Made by a program: the position numbers and the translations under genes | Shown here: piece after piece, positions 56,033 through 64,000 of the stretch | How positions within the stretch are numbered: the first letter of the stretch is position 1 | Layout of the letters: each line of letters starts with the position of its first letter | Source of the DNA: a virus | Strand: one strand, 5' to 3' | DNA: 64,000 nt | IMG/VR virus record: IMGVR_UViG_3300037258_001099 | Span: 72,991-136,990 of that record | The notes under the pieces: model-generated | The model's database searches: none | What the model was told of the DNA's origin: nothing | What the model saw: only the letters and a program-made list of their open reading frames with translations

Positions 56033-56236
56033 ATGGAAGCTAAAGCAAAGACAAGAAAGCTTCTTCCACCAAAGAACCTGCGTCAGGTGAAGCAGCGAAC
56101 CTGCGTTTTTTTTTGCAGATACGGTTCTTATGATGGAAATGGATCGCTTGACTGTGCTCGGCCAGGTGTCCCATCATTTGATGTTGGCGATGGGAAATAC
56201 CGGACAGCAACCTGTGATAGATACGCAGAAGGATAA
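56033..56236 (+). CDS. Small Cys-rich protein
   Basis: C..FC.Y...C...CD. Confidence 0.55.
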   Translation: MEAKAKTRKLLPPKNLRQVKQRTCVFFCRYGSYDGNGSLDCARPGVPSFDVGDGKYRTATCDRYAEG

Positions 56237-56251
56237 GAAAGGAAACGAATA

Positions 56252-56650
56252 ATGGCAGGATTTGTTTGGAAGTACAGAAAAGAGTATGTTGATGATCTCA
56301 CATGGAAGATCTCCATATCCACCACGAGACAGCGTTATGGTGGAGTTGTGAGTTACCCCTGGTGGGATGAGGATGTGTCAGCATACTATGTGAGCGGCCC
56401 ACGCGCAAACGAGCCCCTACAGGCCTATCGTGAGCGAGTAGCTATCTCTCTTGAAAAGGTCTTGTTGGTAGGTGAGGTGAGAGAAGGCGAGCTCATAGCG
56501 ATCTTTAAAGACAAGACGCTATGCAAGTATGCTCTCATTACAAAGAATGAGATCGTTGCTCTTGACCCAGACTTTGAGCCCGTCGTAGGCGAGTATGTTG
56601 CGCAAGGGCTCTCTGTGGATTGGTTGCTGTCTCAGGAAAATGCAGGATAG
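56252..56650 (+). CDS. Hypothetical protein
   Basis: AGAAAGGAAA RBS. Confidence 0.65.
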   Translation: MAGFVWKYRKEYVDDLTWKISISTTRQRYGGVVSYPWWDEDVSAYYVSGPRANEPLQAYRERVAISLEKVLLVGEVREGELIAIFKDKTLCKYALITKNEIVALDPDFEPVVGEYVAQGLSVDWLLSQENAG

Positions 56651-56663
56651 AAAGGAAAACACT

Positions 56664-56801
56664 ATGAACCTACCGATTGCCGATTTAGGTATAACCCTTC
56701 TTGTCATGCAAATTATTCTCTCATCTATTGGGATATTATTCATATTGCTGATGACATACCTTTTTGGAAAACGATGCCATAGAGTCGTTTTTCTCAGATA
56801 A
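56664..56801 (+). CDS. Small membrane protein
   Basis: One TM segment; AGAAAGGAAAA RBS. Confidence 0.5.
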   Translation: MNLPIADLGITLLVMQIILSSIGILFILLMTYLFGKRCHRVVFLR

Positions 56802-56829
56802 TTTTTCGTTTTTCTAGCTTGCTTTCCTC

Positions 56830-56883
56830 TTGACTTGTGACCAAAAATGGTCTATAATCAGATTGGTAAGACCAAAAATGGTC
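56830..56883 (+). promoter_or_regulatory. Promoter with two palindromic operators GACCA-AAAA-TGGTC
   Basis: TTGACT-17-TATAAT; identical 14-mers at 56839-56852 and 56870-56883. Confidence 0.8.
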
Positions 56884-56910
56884 ACATATCAAAGAAAACA
56901 GGAGAAAATG

Positions 56911-57369
56911 ATGACAGATCAGCAAAAACAATGGCTCTTTAGCTACTACGATCTAGGCAATATCAACAATGCTCTGGGCAGAGAGGCAAGCCGCATGGAA
57001 GACCCAGCACTCGCGCATCTCGTCAGCCACAAACGGCAGATCAATGAACTCGTTGAGAAAATTACTGCCATCATGGTAGCAGCCGAGCGGGATTACGGTG
57101 AAAGTAGTGATGTGAATGACGGCGTAATCAGTGAGCAAATTTTAGTCACGCTTATCCCCAAAGACATCAATGAGCGATGGGAAGAACCCTACACGATCAT
57201 TCCCGTGGGGACAAAATGGGCTGTGGTATTCAAAGAAACCGTAGAGCGACCAGTGAGTGAAAAGCTCTACACACAACGCACACATGCCTATCGTGCATGC
57301 CGACGTCTCAATGCAGCATACTGGGAAAATGAAGCCAAAGCGCTGGCAACTGAAAGAAGAAAAGAGTGA
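56911..57369 (+). CDS. Hypothetical protein
   Basis: AGGAG RBS downstream of the promoter. Confidence 0.65.
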   Translation: MTDQQKQWLFSYYDLGNINNALGREASRMEDPALAHLVSHKRQINELVEKITAIMVAAERDYGESSDVNDGVISEQILVTLIPKDINERWEEPYTIIPVGTKWAVVFKETVERPVSEKLYTQRTHAYRACRRLNAAYWENEAKALATERRKE

Positions 57370-57465
57370 GAATTTCTCACATAACTTTTCCTTGTGGGGT
57401 GACACCCAGGAAAAACAGCATCAGACACCCATGGGGCAAAAATGATGAGAAGGAAGAGGATAGTC

Positions 57466-57813
57466 ATGCCAAGTGAACCAATATTCGATACCATGAGCCC
57501 AATACAGATGGACAACAAGACTGGCCGCATCGCCATGATGATTGGTGTCTGGCATGATGAGAGCGATCCGCTTCCCCATCTCGGGAAAAGTCGGACTGAG
57601 GCAGAAGAGATTGCCAAAGCCGAAATGTGGAAACACGTGTTTCCGAAATTTAGGGGAGGCTATATGGTTGTCTGGTCAGGACTCTCTGAATCACAGAGGC
57701 TTATCATTGCCATCTGCGAGCCCAACAAGGGGAAGGGTCCAGTGCCGCAGGAGACGATTGATTGGTGTGAGGAGAATAGTATCCTGGGAAGTAATATCCC
57801 AGAGCTTGGGTAG
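57466..57813 (+). CDS. Hypothetical protein
   Basis: GAGGA RBS. Confidence 0.6.
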   Translation: MPSEPIFDTMSPIQMDNKTGRIAMMIGVWHDESDPLPHLGKSRTEAEEIAKAEMWKHVFPKFRGGYMVVWSGLSESQRLIIAICEPNKGKGPVPQETIDWCEENSILGSNIPELG

Positions 57814-57823
57814 GAAGTGCTTT

Positions 57824-58099
57824 GTGGATAAGAGAATACAAGAAGCGATCAGAGGTGAGGAGAAGAAGCTTGTTATTCGTAGCGGCAGCAATATGCCTCA
57901 CGTTCTTCTCCCTGTGGATTTTACCATCACTGATCCTATGCTCGGTGAGATAATGCAAACGCTCACATTCCTCTATAAGGATCAGCAATGGCACCGCGTT
58001 ATCGCAAGGAATCTTGGTCCAGATGAATGTGTCCTAACGTATGTTAGAGCAACAGTTACCGAGTGCATGATGATTGATAAACATCTAGGGAGGTCCTAA
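57824..58099 (+). CDS. Hypothetical protein
   Basis: Probable GTG start after AGGAA. Confidence 0.5.
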   Translation: MDKRIQEAIRGEEKKLVIRSGSNMPHVLLPVDFTITDPMLGEIMQTLTFLYKDQQWHRVIARNLGPDECVLTYVRATVTECMMIDKHLGRS

Positions 58100-58105
58100 T
58101 GGACA

Positions 58106-58143
58106 CAAAAAAGGGGATAGCCAACACAGCTATCCCCTTTTTG
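58106..58143. terminator. Bidirectional intrinsic terminator
   Basis: CAAAAAAGGGGATAGC-loop-GCTATCCCCTTTTTG between convergent operons. Confidence 0.85.
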
Positions 58144-58299
58144 CACTTTACTAAAACTCAGGATCATCTAGGTGCCTGCCATCCCAGTAGTCTGGTTCCT
58201 TCCCTGAAGAAGTGCTCCCAAGAGCCGCCAGGATACCAATAACAAGACCCAATACAAAGAAGGCAATGATCCCAGCAATAGCCCAATCTCCTGCGTCCA

Positions 58300-58716
58300 T
58301 CATTTTCCCCACACTTTCTGTAAGAAGTACTCAGACCAATCCTCAAACGCTGGAGCATCAACACCATGCTTCTCGAAGACTTTCTTAATCGTCTGGAAGG
58401 TGATATCGTTGCCAGCTACCTTGACTTCTTTCACCGCCTGCCCCATGCGGTCCCGCTCATCAAAGTAGTCCTGGTGGAAGATGGCAGCAGGGCCAATGTT
58501 CGCATGCATAATGATAGCATTTCTCACGTCACCTCCAGCCTCCATAATTTCCTCAAAGCAGACCTGGCAGACGACATTAATTTCCCACTCGCTATCCTCG
58601 AAGATGGGGAATACTTTGCCAGTCTCGTTGCCGTCATCGACCACTTCGCCGTAGTCTGCATGCTCCTCGCAGAGGCAGTACCCCTGGCTACTGGTGTAGC
58701 CTATGATGCTATACAT
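58300..58716 (-). CDS. Hypothetical protein with Zn-binding motif
   Basis: C..H...CQVC; GGAGGAG RBS. Confidence 0.6.
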   Translation of the reverse strand: MYSIIGYTSSQGYCLCEEHADYGEVVDDGNETGKVFPIFEDSEWEINVVCQVCFEEIMEAGGDVRNAIIMHANIGPAAIFHQDYFDERDRMGQAVKEVKVAGNDITFQTIKKVFEKHGVDAPAFEDWSEYFLQKVWGK

Positions 58717-59086
58717 TGGGCTCCTCCAGCTTCCTATGGCGAGCAAGAAGCGCTCGACACTTTTCCGCTTCTCCTGACGAATGCCTAATCCAAGTCTCCG
58801 CTGCCTCCTCACCAATGAAGACAAAGACCTTTTCAATAGGAGTGAGCTCGGCCTGTTCCTGCGTAATCTCGATGAGATCCTTCCATGAGTCATGAGCCGC
58901 TCCCCAGCCGTATTGCACCTTGGCGTAGCCCATCAGCTCACAATAGTGCCGTTCACTATTGTGCCCATTCCAGTCTGCTGGATCATCTCCTGGCTCAATG
59001 ATCTTCCCAACATAGACCTCATGCGACCAAGGCTGATGCGCCGATGGCATTCTGCTCTTACTCACAACCAATGTTCCTGTCTTCAT
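58709..59086 (-). CDS. Hypothetical protein
   Basis: Operon context. Confidence 0.6.
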   Translation of the reverse strand: MKTGTLVVSKSRMPSAHQPWSHEVYVGKIIEPGDDPADWNGHNSERHYCELMGYAKVQYGWGAAHDSWKDLIEITQEQAELTPIEKVFVFIGEEAAETWIRHSSGEAEKCRALLARHRKLEEPNV

Positions 59087-59089
59087 TAC

Positions 59090-59380
59090 CTAGACCCCTA
59101 TCTCTATGCCGTATGGCGGATACAGCTCATTTTTACATTGACTACAAAAGATTCCCTCCAAGGGGATACTCTCTCCAGCAAATTGCTCAAACTGAACCGT
59201 GCCTTCATGAATAATCTCGTAGGAGCAACCATCCTTGTCAATGAACGAAGTGTCCTCTCCACTCTCTACTCGCTCCAGTGCCTCCGCGTCTCTATGGAAG
59301 AGGACTTCAAGCGCGTGGTCTCGGCAGTAGTAGTGTGTTTTGGTCGTGAAGGTTTGGCAGTAAGCATAAATGTCACTCAT
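59090..59380 (-). CDS. Hypothetical protein with Zn-binding motif
   Basis: C..H...CSQC. Confidence 0.6.
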   Translation of the reverse strand: MSDIYAYCQTFTTKTHYYCRDHALEVLFHRDAEALERVESGEDTSFIDKDGCSYEIIHEGTVQFEQFAGESIPLEGIFCSQCKNELYPPYGIEIGV

Positions 59381-59383
59381 CTT

Positions 59384-59737
59384 CTACCCCTCTTTCTGGT
59401 CTTGCACACAATGGTCAAAGTGATAAATGTATGCTCTTGCTGAGCCATAGTATATGTGGCAGGTATCACAGCTCCAGTAGGTCGGCTGAAGGCCATGTGA
59501 ACCAGGCCAATTTGGTGATTGGTTCCTTCTCTGCCAGTTCACGGCATCGCGCACGTCTTGTTCATTCTCATCAGGGTTAACTAGAAACCAATCAATAAGA
59601 CCGTTATACTCCTCAACCTGCTTCTTTGTATGTGTAAGGACTTTAACAGAATTGTGTTCCTTGTCATAAGCATCCATCTCTACCTGCAACGCAACGAACC
59701 TATCTCGTTTTGCTTTCTGCTCGTCACTTAGATTCAT
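59384..59737 (-). CDS. Hypothetical protein with C2H2-like finger
   Basis: CDTC........Y..H...C. Confidence 0.55.
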   Translation of the reverse strand: MNLSDEQKAKRDRFVALQVEMDAYDKEHNSVKVLTHTKKQVEEYNGLIDWFLVNPDENEQDVRDAVNWQRRNQSPNWPGSHGLQPTYWSCDTCHIYYGSARAYIYHFDHCVQDQKEG

Positions 59738-59739
59738 TT

Positions 59740-59943
59740 CTACCCTGCTTTCTGCTGCTCTCGAATAACAATCCCTAAATCTGCCATGTGGACCTGGACC
59801 CAGCGCAGGTGCTTTATCTTGCACTGCACCCGCCACGTCGAGATTTGCTCTGATCCAAGTCGGTCCAGAAACTGTACCTGCTCAATACGAGGTCCGATCA
59901 TCAGCCTGGGACTACGTGGAGCCTCAACAATAAGTACTGTCAT
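59740..59943 (-). CDS. Hypothetical protein
   Basis: AGAAAGGAAAA RBS. Confidence 0.55.
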   Translation of the reverse strand: MTVLIVEAPRSPRLMIGPRIEQVQFLDRLGSEQISTWRVQCKIKHLRWVQVHMADLGIVIREQQKAG

Positions 59944-59972
59944 GTGCTGTTTTTCCTTTCTTTCTCTAGCAA

Positions 59973-60257
59973 TTAGCTCTTTGCTTGTCGTGCCTCTTCA
60001 ATCAACTGGCTTATCGGTGCGTCCAGGAGAGCCTCTACAAACCTTACGGACACATCCCGATCATTAACGAGATCGCCATTTCCGTCGATTTTATCTGCCA
60101 AGCAACGAGATGAGTCATCTCTAGCCACGGGGGATGCATTCCATTCATGCTTCCACTCATCCTCTGCCTCCCATGCTGCTCCGCCTAATGTGAGGAGCCT
60201 ATTGCTCTCCTCATCGTGAAAAGTAATGCGGATGCAATATACTTGTTGTTCTGTCAT
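59973..60257 (-). CDS. Hypothetical protein
   Basis: AAAGGGAAA RBS. Confidence 0.6.
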   Translation of the reverse strand: MTEQQVYCIRITFHDEESNRLLTLGGAAWEAEDEWKHEWNASPVARDDSSRCLADKIDGNGDLVNDRDVSVRFVEALLDAPISQLIEEARQAKS

Positions 60258-60272
60258 GATTCATTTCCCTTT

Positions 60273-60479
60273 TTACCCCAGGAGTCTGAGGAATATGATA
60301 ATTCTTTCTGCTACGCTTAGGATGTCGTCTTCAGGATGCTGTTCTGAGAGAGCTGCAAGGGCTTGTCTGATCTTGTGCTCTTGCTTATACGTGATCTCTG
60401 AGAGCTCTTTTATTTGCGCACTCGCTACCATTGAACGATACCGTGCAACATCCTTCTGATTTGACGAAATCTCGCTCAT
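60273..60479 (-). CDS. Hypothetical protein
   Basis: RBS supplied by the dispersed motif. Confidence 0.6.
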   Translation of the reverse strand: MSEISSNQKDVARYRSMVASAQIKELSEITYKQEHKIRQALAALSEQHPEDDILSVAERIIIFLRLLG

Positions 60480-60480
60480 G

Positions 60481-60497
60481 ATCGACTTTTCCTTAAT
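60481..60497 (-). repeat. Dispersed motif copy ATTAAGGAAAAGTCGAT overlapping an RBS
   Basis: Exact core match immediately before ATG 60479. Confidence 0.8.
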
Positions 60498-60506
60498 CCT
60501 TTCCGG

Positions 60507-60710
60507 CTACGATACTTTACGATCAATTGATGGAATCTCTTCGATGGGAACTTCCCTCATTGCTGCATCAAGGTCTGTCTCATAGAACCTGTAGGTGCTC
60601 CCAACCTTATGGGTCACCACACCTCCAGCTTTCATGAGACGGTACAGAGTGGATCTGCTCACGCGCAGATAGGAACAGGCCTCGTCCATTGTGTAGATCA
60701 TTACTTCCAT
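60507..60710 (-). CDS. Excisionase-like HTH_17 DNA-binding protein
   Basis: YTMDEACSYLRVSRSTLYRLMKAG....KVG..YRF...DLD. Confidence 0.88.
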   Translation of the reverse strand: MEVMIYTMDEACSYLRVSRSTLYRLMKAGGVVTHKVGSTYRFYETDLDAAMREVPIEEIPSIDRKVS

Positions 60711-60912
60711 GGCGTTTTCCTTTCTAGCGAATCTGACTTTGCAGAATAATCTTTTGGTTTTCGATGCAGTTCTCAAGTGTTCCGAGCTCTCTTACAAGCT
60801 CGTATTGCCGCTGCCGCTCTGCTGATATAAGCGTGACAATGGCTGCGGCCAGAGCAATAGCATTGCTCGTGGTTTTGATGATGGTGATTGCGAGAAGCAT
60901 AGGGGCTCCTTT

Positions 60913-61218
60913 CTATCGGTATCTGCTATACCGCTCTGGGTGCAACCTTCTGTCCCAACAATTCGTACAGAAGAAATCAGCTATTCCGTGACCAACTCCA
61001 CCAATCCTTCCGCAGCTAGTGCAGTCCCTACTCAAATTCCATACATTTGTGATAGCTGTGCCACACGACTTGCAGATGACGATAAGTGCGCCTGCTACTG
61101 GCAATATTCTTATGCAGTCTTGGCAGTGCTCAAGTGCGCATACAAAACAACTGTGGAGATGGGGAGCTGGATTTTTGCAACCCCCGCAATGGCCTCCGGT
61201 TGACGGTGTGTAGTTCAT
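60913..61218 (-). CDS. Multi-zinc-finger small protein
   Basis: Six CxxC pairs; AGAAAGGAAA RBS. Confidence 0.65.
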   Translation of the reverse strand: MNYTPSTGGHCGGCKNPAPHLHSCFVCALEHCQDCIRILPVAGALIVICKSCGTAITNVWNLSRDCTSCGRIGGVGHGIADFFCTNCWDRRLHPERYSRYR

Positions 61219-61230
61219 GGCGTTTCCTTT

Positions 61231-61797
61231 CTAGGGCTGGCAGCCCTTTAATAAATTTTCGATATGTTCACGGCGTTGACCTAATCGGCCTAGCCAGGAG
61301 AAGAATTCTTGTTCGGACATGTCCCACTTAGCGTAGTTGCATTGTTTACAGCAAGGTCTTATGTTTTGCATTGTGTACCCTAAACTGCAATTTGTTCTGT
61401 CTACGCCCATATATGTGTAACTTCCATTACATCGCTGATTCCTATGTATTTGATATGGCGGAATTCCGCAATAATAGCAGTTTTTCTTGGTGATAGAGCG
61501 AAACTCGTCCTTAGTTAATTCAAACTGAAGATCCCTATCACGCGCTGCTCTTGTGTATATGGAGTATAGGCTATTGAAAGAAGCAACTCCTTCATCTAAG
61601 GTGTGTATTTCTCTTTTTAGGCATCCACAACTTTTAGTAGTTCCCTGCGATAAATTAACTTGCGATACGATTGTTTCGTTTCCGCAGTCGCATTTGCAGT
61701 TCCACAAAACAATATGCCTGTCCTTGCTATTAGCTCTTTTTCCTGCGTACGATATTGCAACTAGTCTCCCAAATCTTTGACCTGACATATCTTTCAA
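61231..61797 (-). CDS. HNH-type (His-Me finger) endonuclease with N-terminal CxCDCG/SCGC module, paralog A
   Basis: GQRFGRL.....W.C.CDCG..SCGC; CYYCG..GVDR....GY...N..PCC..CN.AK. Confidence 0.8.
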   Translation of the reverse strand: MKDMSGQRFGRLVAISYAGKRANSKDRHIVLWNCKCDCGNETIVSQVNLSQGTTKSCGCLKREIHTLDEGVASFNSLYSIYTRAARDRDLQFELTKDEFRSITKKNCYYCGIPPYQIHRNQRCNGSYTYMGVDRTNCSLGYTMQNIRPCCKQCNYAKWDMSEQEFFSWLGRLGQRREHIENLLKGCQP

Positions 61798-62378
61798 TTT
61801 ATTTCCTCTTTTCTTTTGCTACTTTGATAGTCTATCGTTCGGATAATCCATGCAAAGAACTCCTGTTCTGTGTATCCAGCCTTAGCTCTATTACATTTCC
61901 AGCAACAAGTTCTTATGTTACCAGCGATATACCCAAAATCGCGGTTAATCCTTTCTATGCCTGTATATACATAGCTTCCTTTGGCTTTTCCACTTTTTGA
62001 AAAACTTTGCGATGGAGGATTTCCGCAGTAATAACAAGCTTGTTGGGTAATTTCTAGAAAATCACCTTTTTCTATTTCAAAGATTATCTCAGCGTCTAAC
62101 GATCTTTTCTTGTACTTTTGATATAAGGTGTTAAACGCTGAAACTCCATAAGGTTTTCCATTTAACTTTCCTCTTTCTGTTGACAATTCTTTCTGCAAGC
62201 ATCCGCAACTCTGTGTAGTGCCGGAGACTAAATGAACAGCATAGACTGTTTTTATGCTTCCGCAGTCGCATTTGCATTCCCATGATCGATAGCCTTTTCC
62301 ATTTTTTTTCCCTTTGTCGGAAGTAACGACTAATCTTCCATATCGCATTCCCACACGGTCAATAAAATCTTTCCTCAC
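61794..62378 (-). CDS. HNH-type endonuclease, paralog B
   Basis: Same architecture; GIER instead of G.DR. Confidence 0.8.
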   Translation of the reverse strand: MRKDFIDRVGMRYGRLVVTSDKGKKNGKGYRSWECKCDCGSIKTVYAVHLVSGTTQSCGCLQKELSTERGKLNGKPYGVSAFNTLYQKYKKRSLDAEIIFEIEKGDFLEITQQACYYCGNPPSQSFSKSGKAKGSYVYTGIERINRDFGYIAGNIRTCCWKCNRAKAGYTEQEFFAWIIRTIDYQSSKRKEEIN

Positions 62379-62392
62379 TTGCTTTCCCTTTT

Positions 62393-63802
62393 CTATATTT
62401 GAGTTCCTCCAGATCGAAGAACATCTTCAATATGCTTAACATTAGCAATGTAGGAAGATGGTGAATTTCCATCTCCACTTGGCGCGAATGTTGGTATTAT
62501 TGTGTCAGGTATCGTTTTACCTGCCGTAATGTAGTACTGGCTATTTGCAAGAAGATCATAGAGTTTTTCAAACCCCATCTCCCAGCTATCCATCTGCGCA
62601 TATCCATCTGCGCATCTTGCGCTAGCAATACAGCGCAGGTTCCCAGGCGATAGCGATTTAGTAGATTCGCCCTTTGTGCCAAATGTGCTCTCATTTCCAA
62701 AAGTGGCTACTACATATGCAGGATCTATGTGATATTTCACACCTAGATTCACAATCATCTGACCTTGACCTGACACTGGTGAGTGATAGTTTGCAAGCAA
62801 TGCATTGATTTGATCTGCTGAGACGGTTGGATTTTGCAGTACTTCATACTGTGAAGGGGCAATAGAAAAAATCTTTCCGATTCCCCATGACAAGAATCTT
62901 TGCTTAGAGATAGTCTGGTAATTTGTGCTCCAGCTATCTATGAGCGCAACGGTATCTGCGCTACCCTTGGCAACGTCTACAAAATGGCCTCCAGGCCACG
63001 CTGCTCCTGGCAGAATATCGACAATCACTGGAGTGCCACTGTTGGCTACCTGGATCGCCTGATCAAGGCTACTTACTGGTGTTGCAACAAAGCCAAAGTG
63101 TGCAGCCGTATTAGGTATTCCGCTCATTCTTACCAACCCCTGGCTCGGGGTTATAGCGCCGAGAGCAATCTCCTCATCCAGAATAGTGCTTATATGCCAG
63201 TTAGCTCCAAAACTGTCTAGGATGGCCGTGAGGGCCGCAGCAGAACAGGCCGATGGAGAATATGCATTGTACTGGTCAGGGCTGTCATACTGGCTCTGGT
63301 CGAGCTGTGGAATACGTGTGAGCCGACTACTATAGCTGGCCGGAGCAGGAGGCGGAGGTGCAACGATATTGGTAATTGTTTGTGCGATTTTTGGCGCTAC
63401 TGGAACAACCACAAAAGATGAGGCAAAGGCCAGAATAGCAATCACCACCAGGGCAATCCGAAACTCTTTTGGGAGCTTGCTGATTATGGAAACAGTTGTT
63501 CCCGTAATATCAGGCCTGTGCGTTACTTCTTCTGGCTCGTAGACAGCCATAGCACGAGATGAAGGAGTCTCAGCAGCTCTGCGGGACTCTGAGTACCTGG
63601 GGATCTGCACAAGCTGTGCCTCTATGAGCAACTCTTGCTGTCTGGCAAGCCTCTCCTGCTTATACTGATAATCTGCCAGCAACTCCTCAGCTTCAACAAG
63701 CTGAACTTCCCCTGTCTCGTCATAAGCAGGGGTATAAAGCAACCCTGTGCCAAGGTCACGGTACAGGGCATATTCTGGATGCTTTACAAATTCCAGCGGC
63801 AC
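62393..63802 (-). CDS. Membrane-anchored bifunctional cell-wall hydrolase (C39-like peptidase + lysozyme-fold glucosaminidase)
   Basis: TM helix; Q..SACSAAA (Cys), GHF (His), IDS (Asp); Y.IDP......ES.FG and F/YAP..DGN....Y. Confidence 0.72.
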   Translation of the reverse strand: MPLEFVKHPEYALYRDLGTGLLYTPAYDETGEVQLVEAEELLADYQYKQERLARQQELLIEAQLVQIPRYSESRRAAETPSSRAMAVYEPEEVTHRPDITGTTVSIISKLPKEFRIALVVIAILAFASSFVVVPVAPKIAQTITNIVAPPPPAPASYSSRLTRIPQLDQSQYDSPDQYNAYSPSACSAAALTAILDSFGANWHISTILDEEIALGAITPSQGLVRMSGIPNTAAHFGFVATPVSSLDQAIQVANSGTPVIVDILPGAAWPGGHFVDVAKGSADTVALIDSWSTNYQTISKQRFLSWGIGKIFSIAPSQYEVLQNPTVSADQINALLANYHSPVSGQGQMIVNLGVKYHIDPAYVVATFGNESTFGTKGESTKSLSPGNLRCIASARCADGYAQMDSWEMGFEKLYDLLANSQYYITAGKTIPDTIIPTFAPSGDGNSPSSYIANVKHIEDVLRSGGTQI

Positions 63803-63805
63803 GGG

Positions 63806-63907
63806 CTACCTCCGAGGTTTGTGTCGGTTATGTTCCATGTCTTTGGTGACCCAGGAAAAGAATGGGAAGGCCAAGACAAGCAAGATGATGACGACTCCTA
63901 CGAGCAT
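63806..63907 (-). CDS. Small membrane peptide
   Basis: 33 aa, hydrophobic N-terminus, AAAGGAG RBS. Confidence 0.45.
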   Translation of the reverse strand: MLVGVVIILLVLAFPFFSWVTKDMEHNRHKPRR

Positions 63908-63932
63908 GAATGGCTCCTTTCGATAGCATCAA

Positions 63933-63955
63933 TAGTGGAATAACAATCTAACTTA
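63933..63955 (-). repeat. Conserved leader TAAGTTAGATTGTTATTCCACTA
   Basis: Shared with 38535 and 50186. Confidence 0.7.
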
Positions 63956-64000
63956 ACATCACTAATAATACATCGTGGAGCATGGAGGTGTCAATGAGTG

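Noticed and set aside
838-60497. Dispersed motif as CRISPR repeats
   Set aside because: Copies are kilobases apart, on both strands, with no regular spacers and no cas genes
1-64000. tRNA or rRNA genes
   Set aside because: No cloverleaf with a T-loop consensus or rRNA-like segment recognised by eye; tRNAscan-SE would be decisive

Overview
This window is a 64 kb section of a large tailed (sipho-like) phage or phage-plasmid. The host is probably Chloroflexota, likely Ktedonobacteria; this is inferred from the lysin cell-wall-binding module, the Uma2 nuclease, the Arc+TnpB cassette and the C39/glucosaminidase protein. The left end is a tail module: a tail assembly chaperone with a GGGGG frameshift site, then a ~4,580-aa tape-measure protein, Dit-like gene, lysin, holin-like gene and hub. 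The tape-measure protein carries two complete UvrD/PcrA-type (SF1) helicase motor cores N-terminal to a conventional tape-measure and lytic transglycosylase region; this is the standout system. Next come a class II ribonucleotide reductase with two mini-inteins, an Acb2/Tad1-like protein, and an Arc+TnpB cassette whose predicted guide matches a motif repeated at least 7 times in the window. A second block of tail/holin genes follows, then mostly minus-strand early and replication genes (truncated primase, SF2 helicase, Rad52/Sak, SSB, HNH nucleases), a DUF262 protein and a serine resolvase. I saw no CRISPR array, tRNA or rRNA. All family calls come from motif recognition by eye, not database searches.
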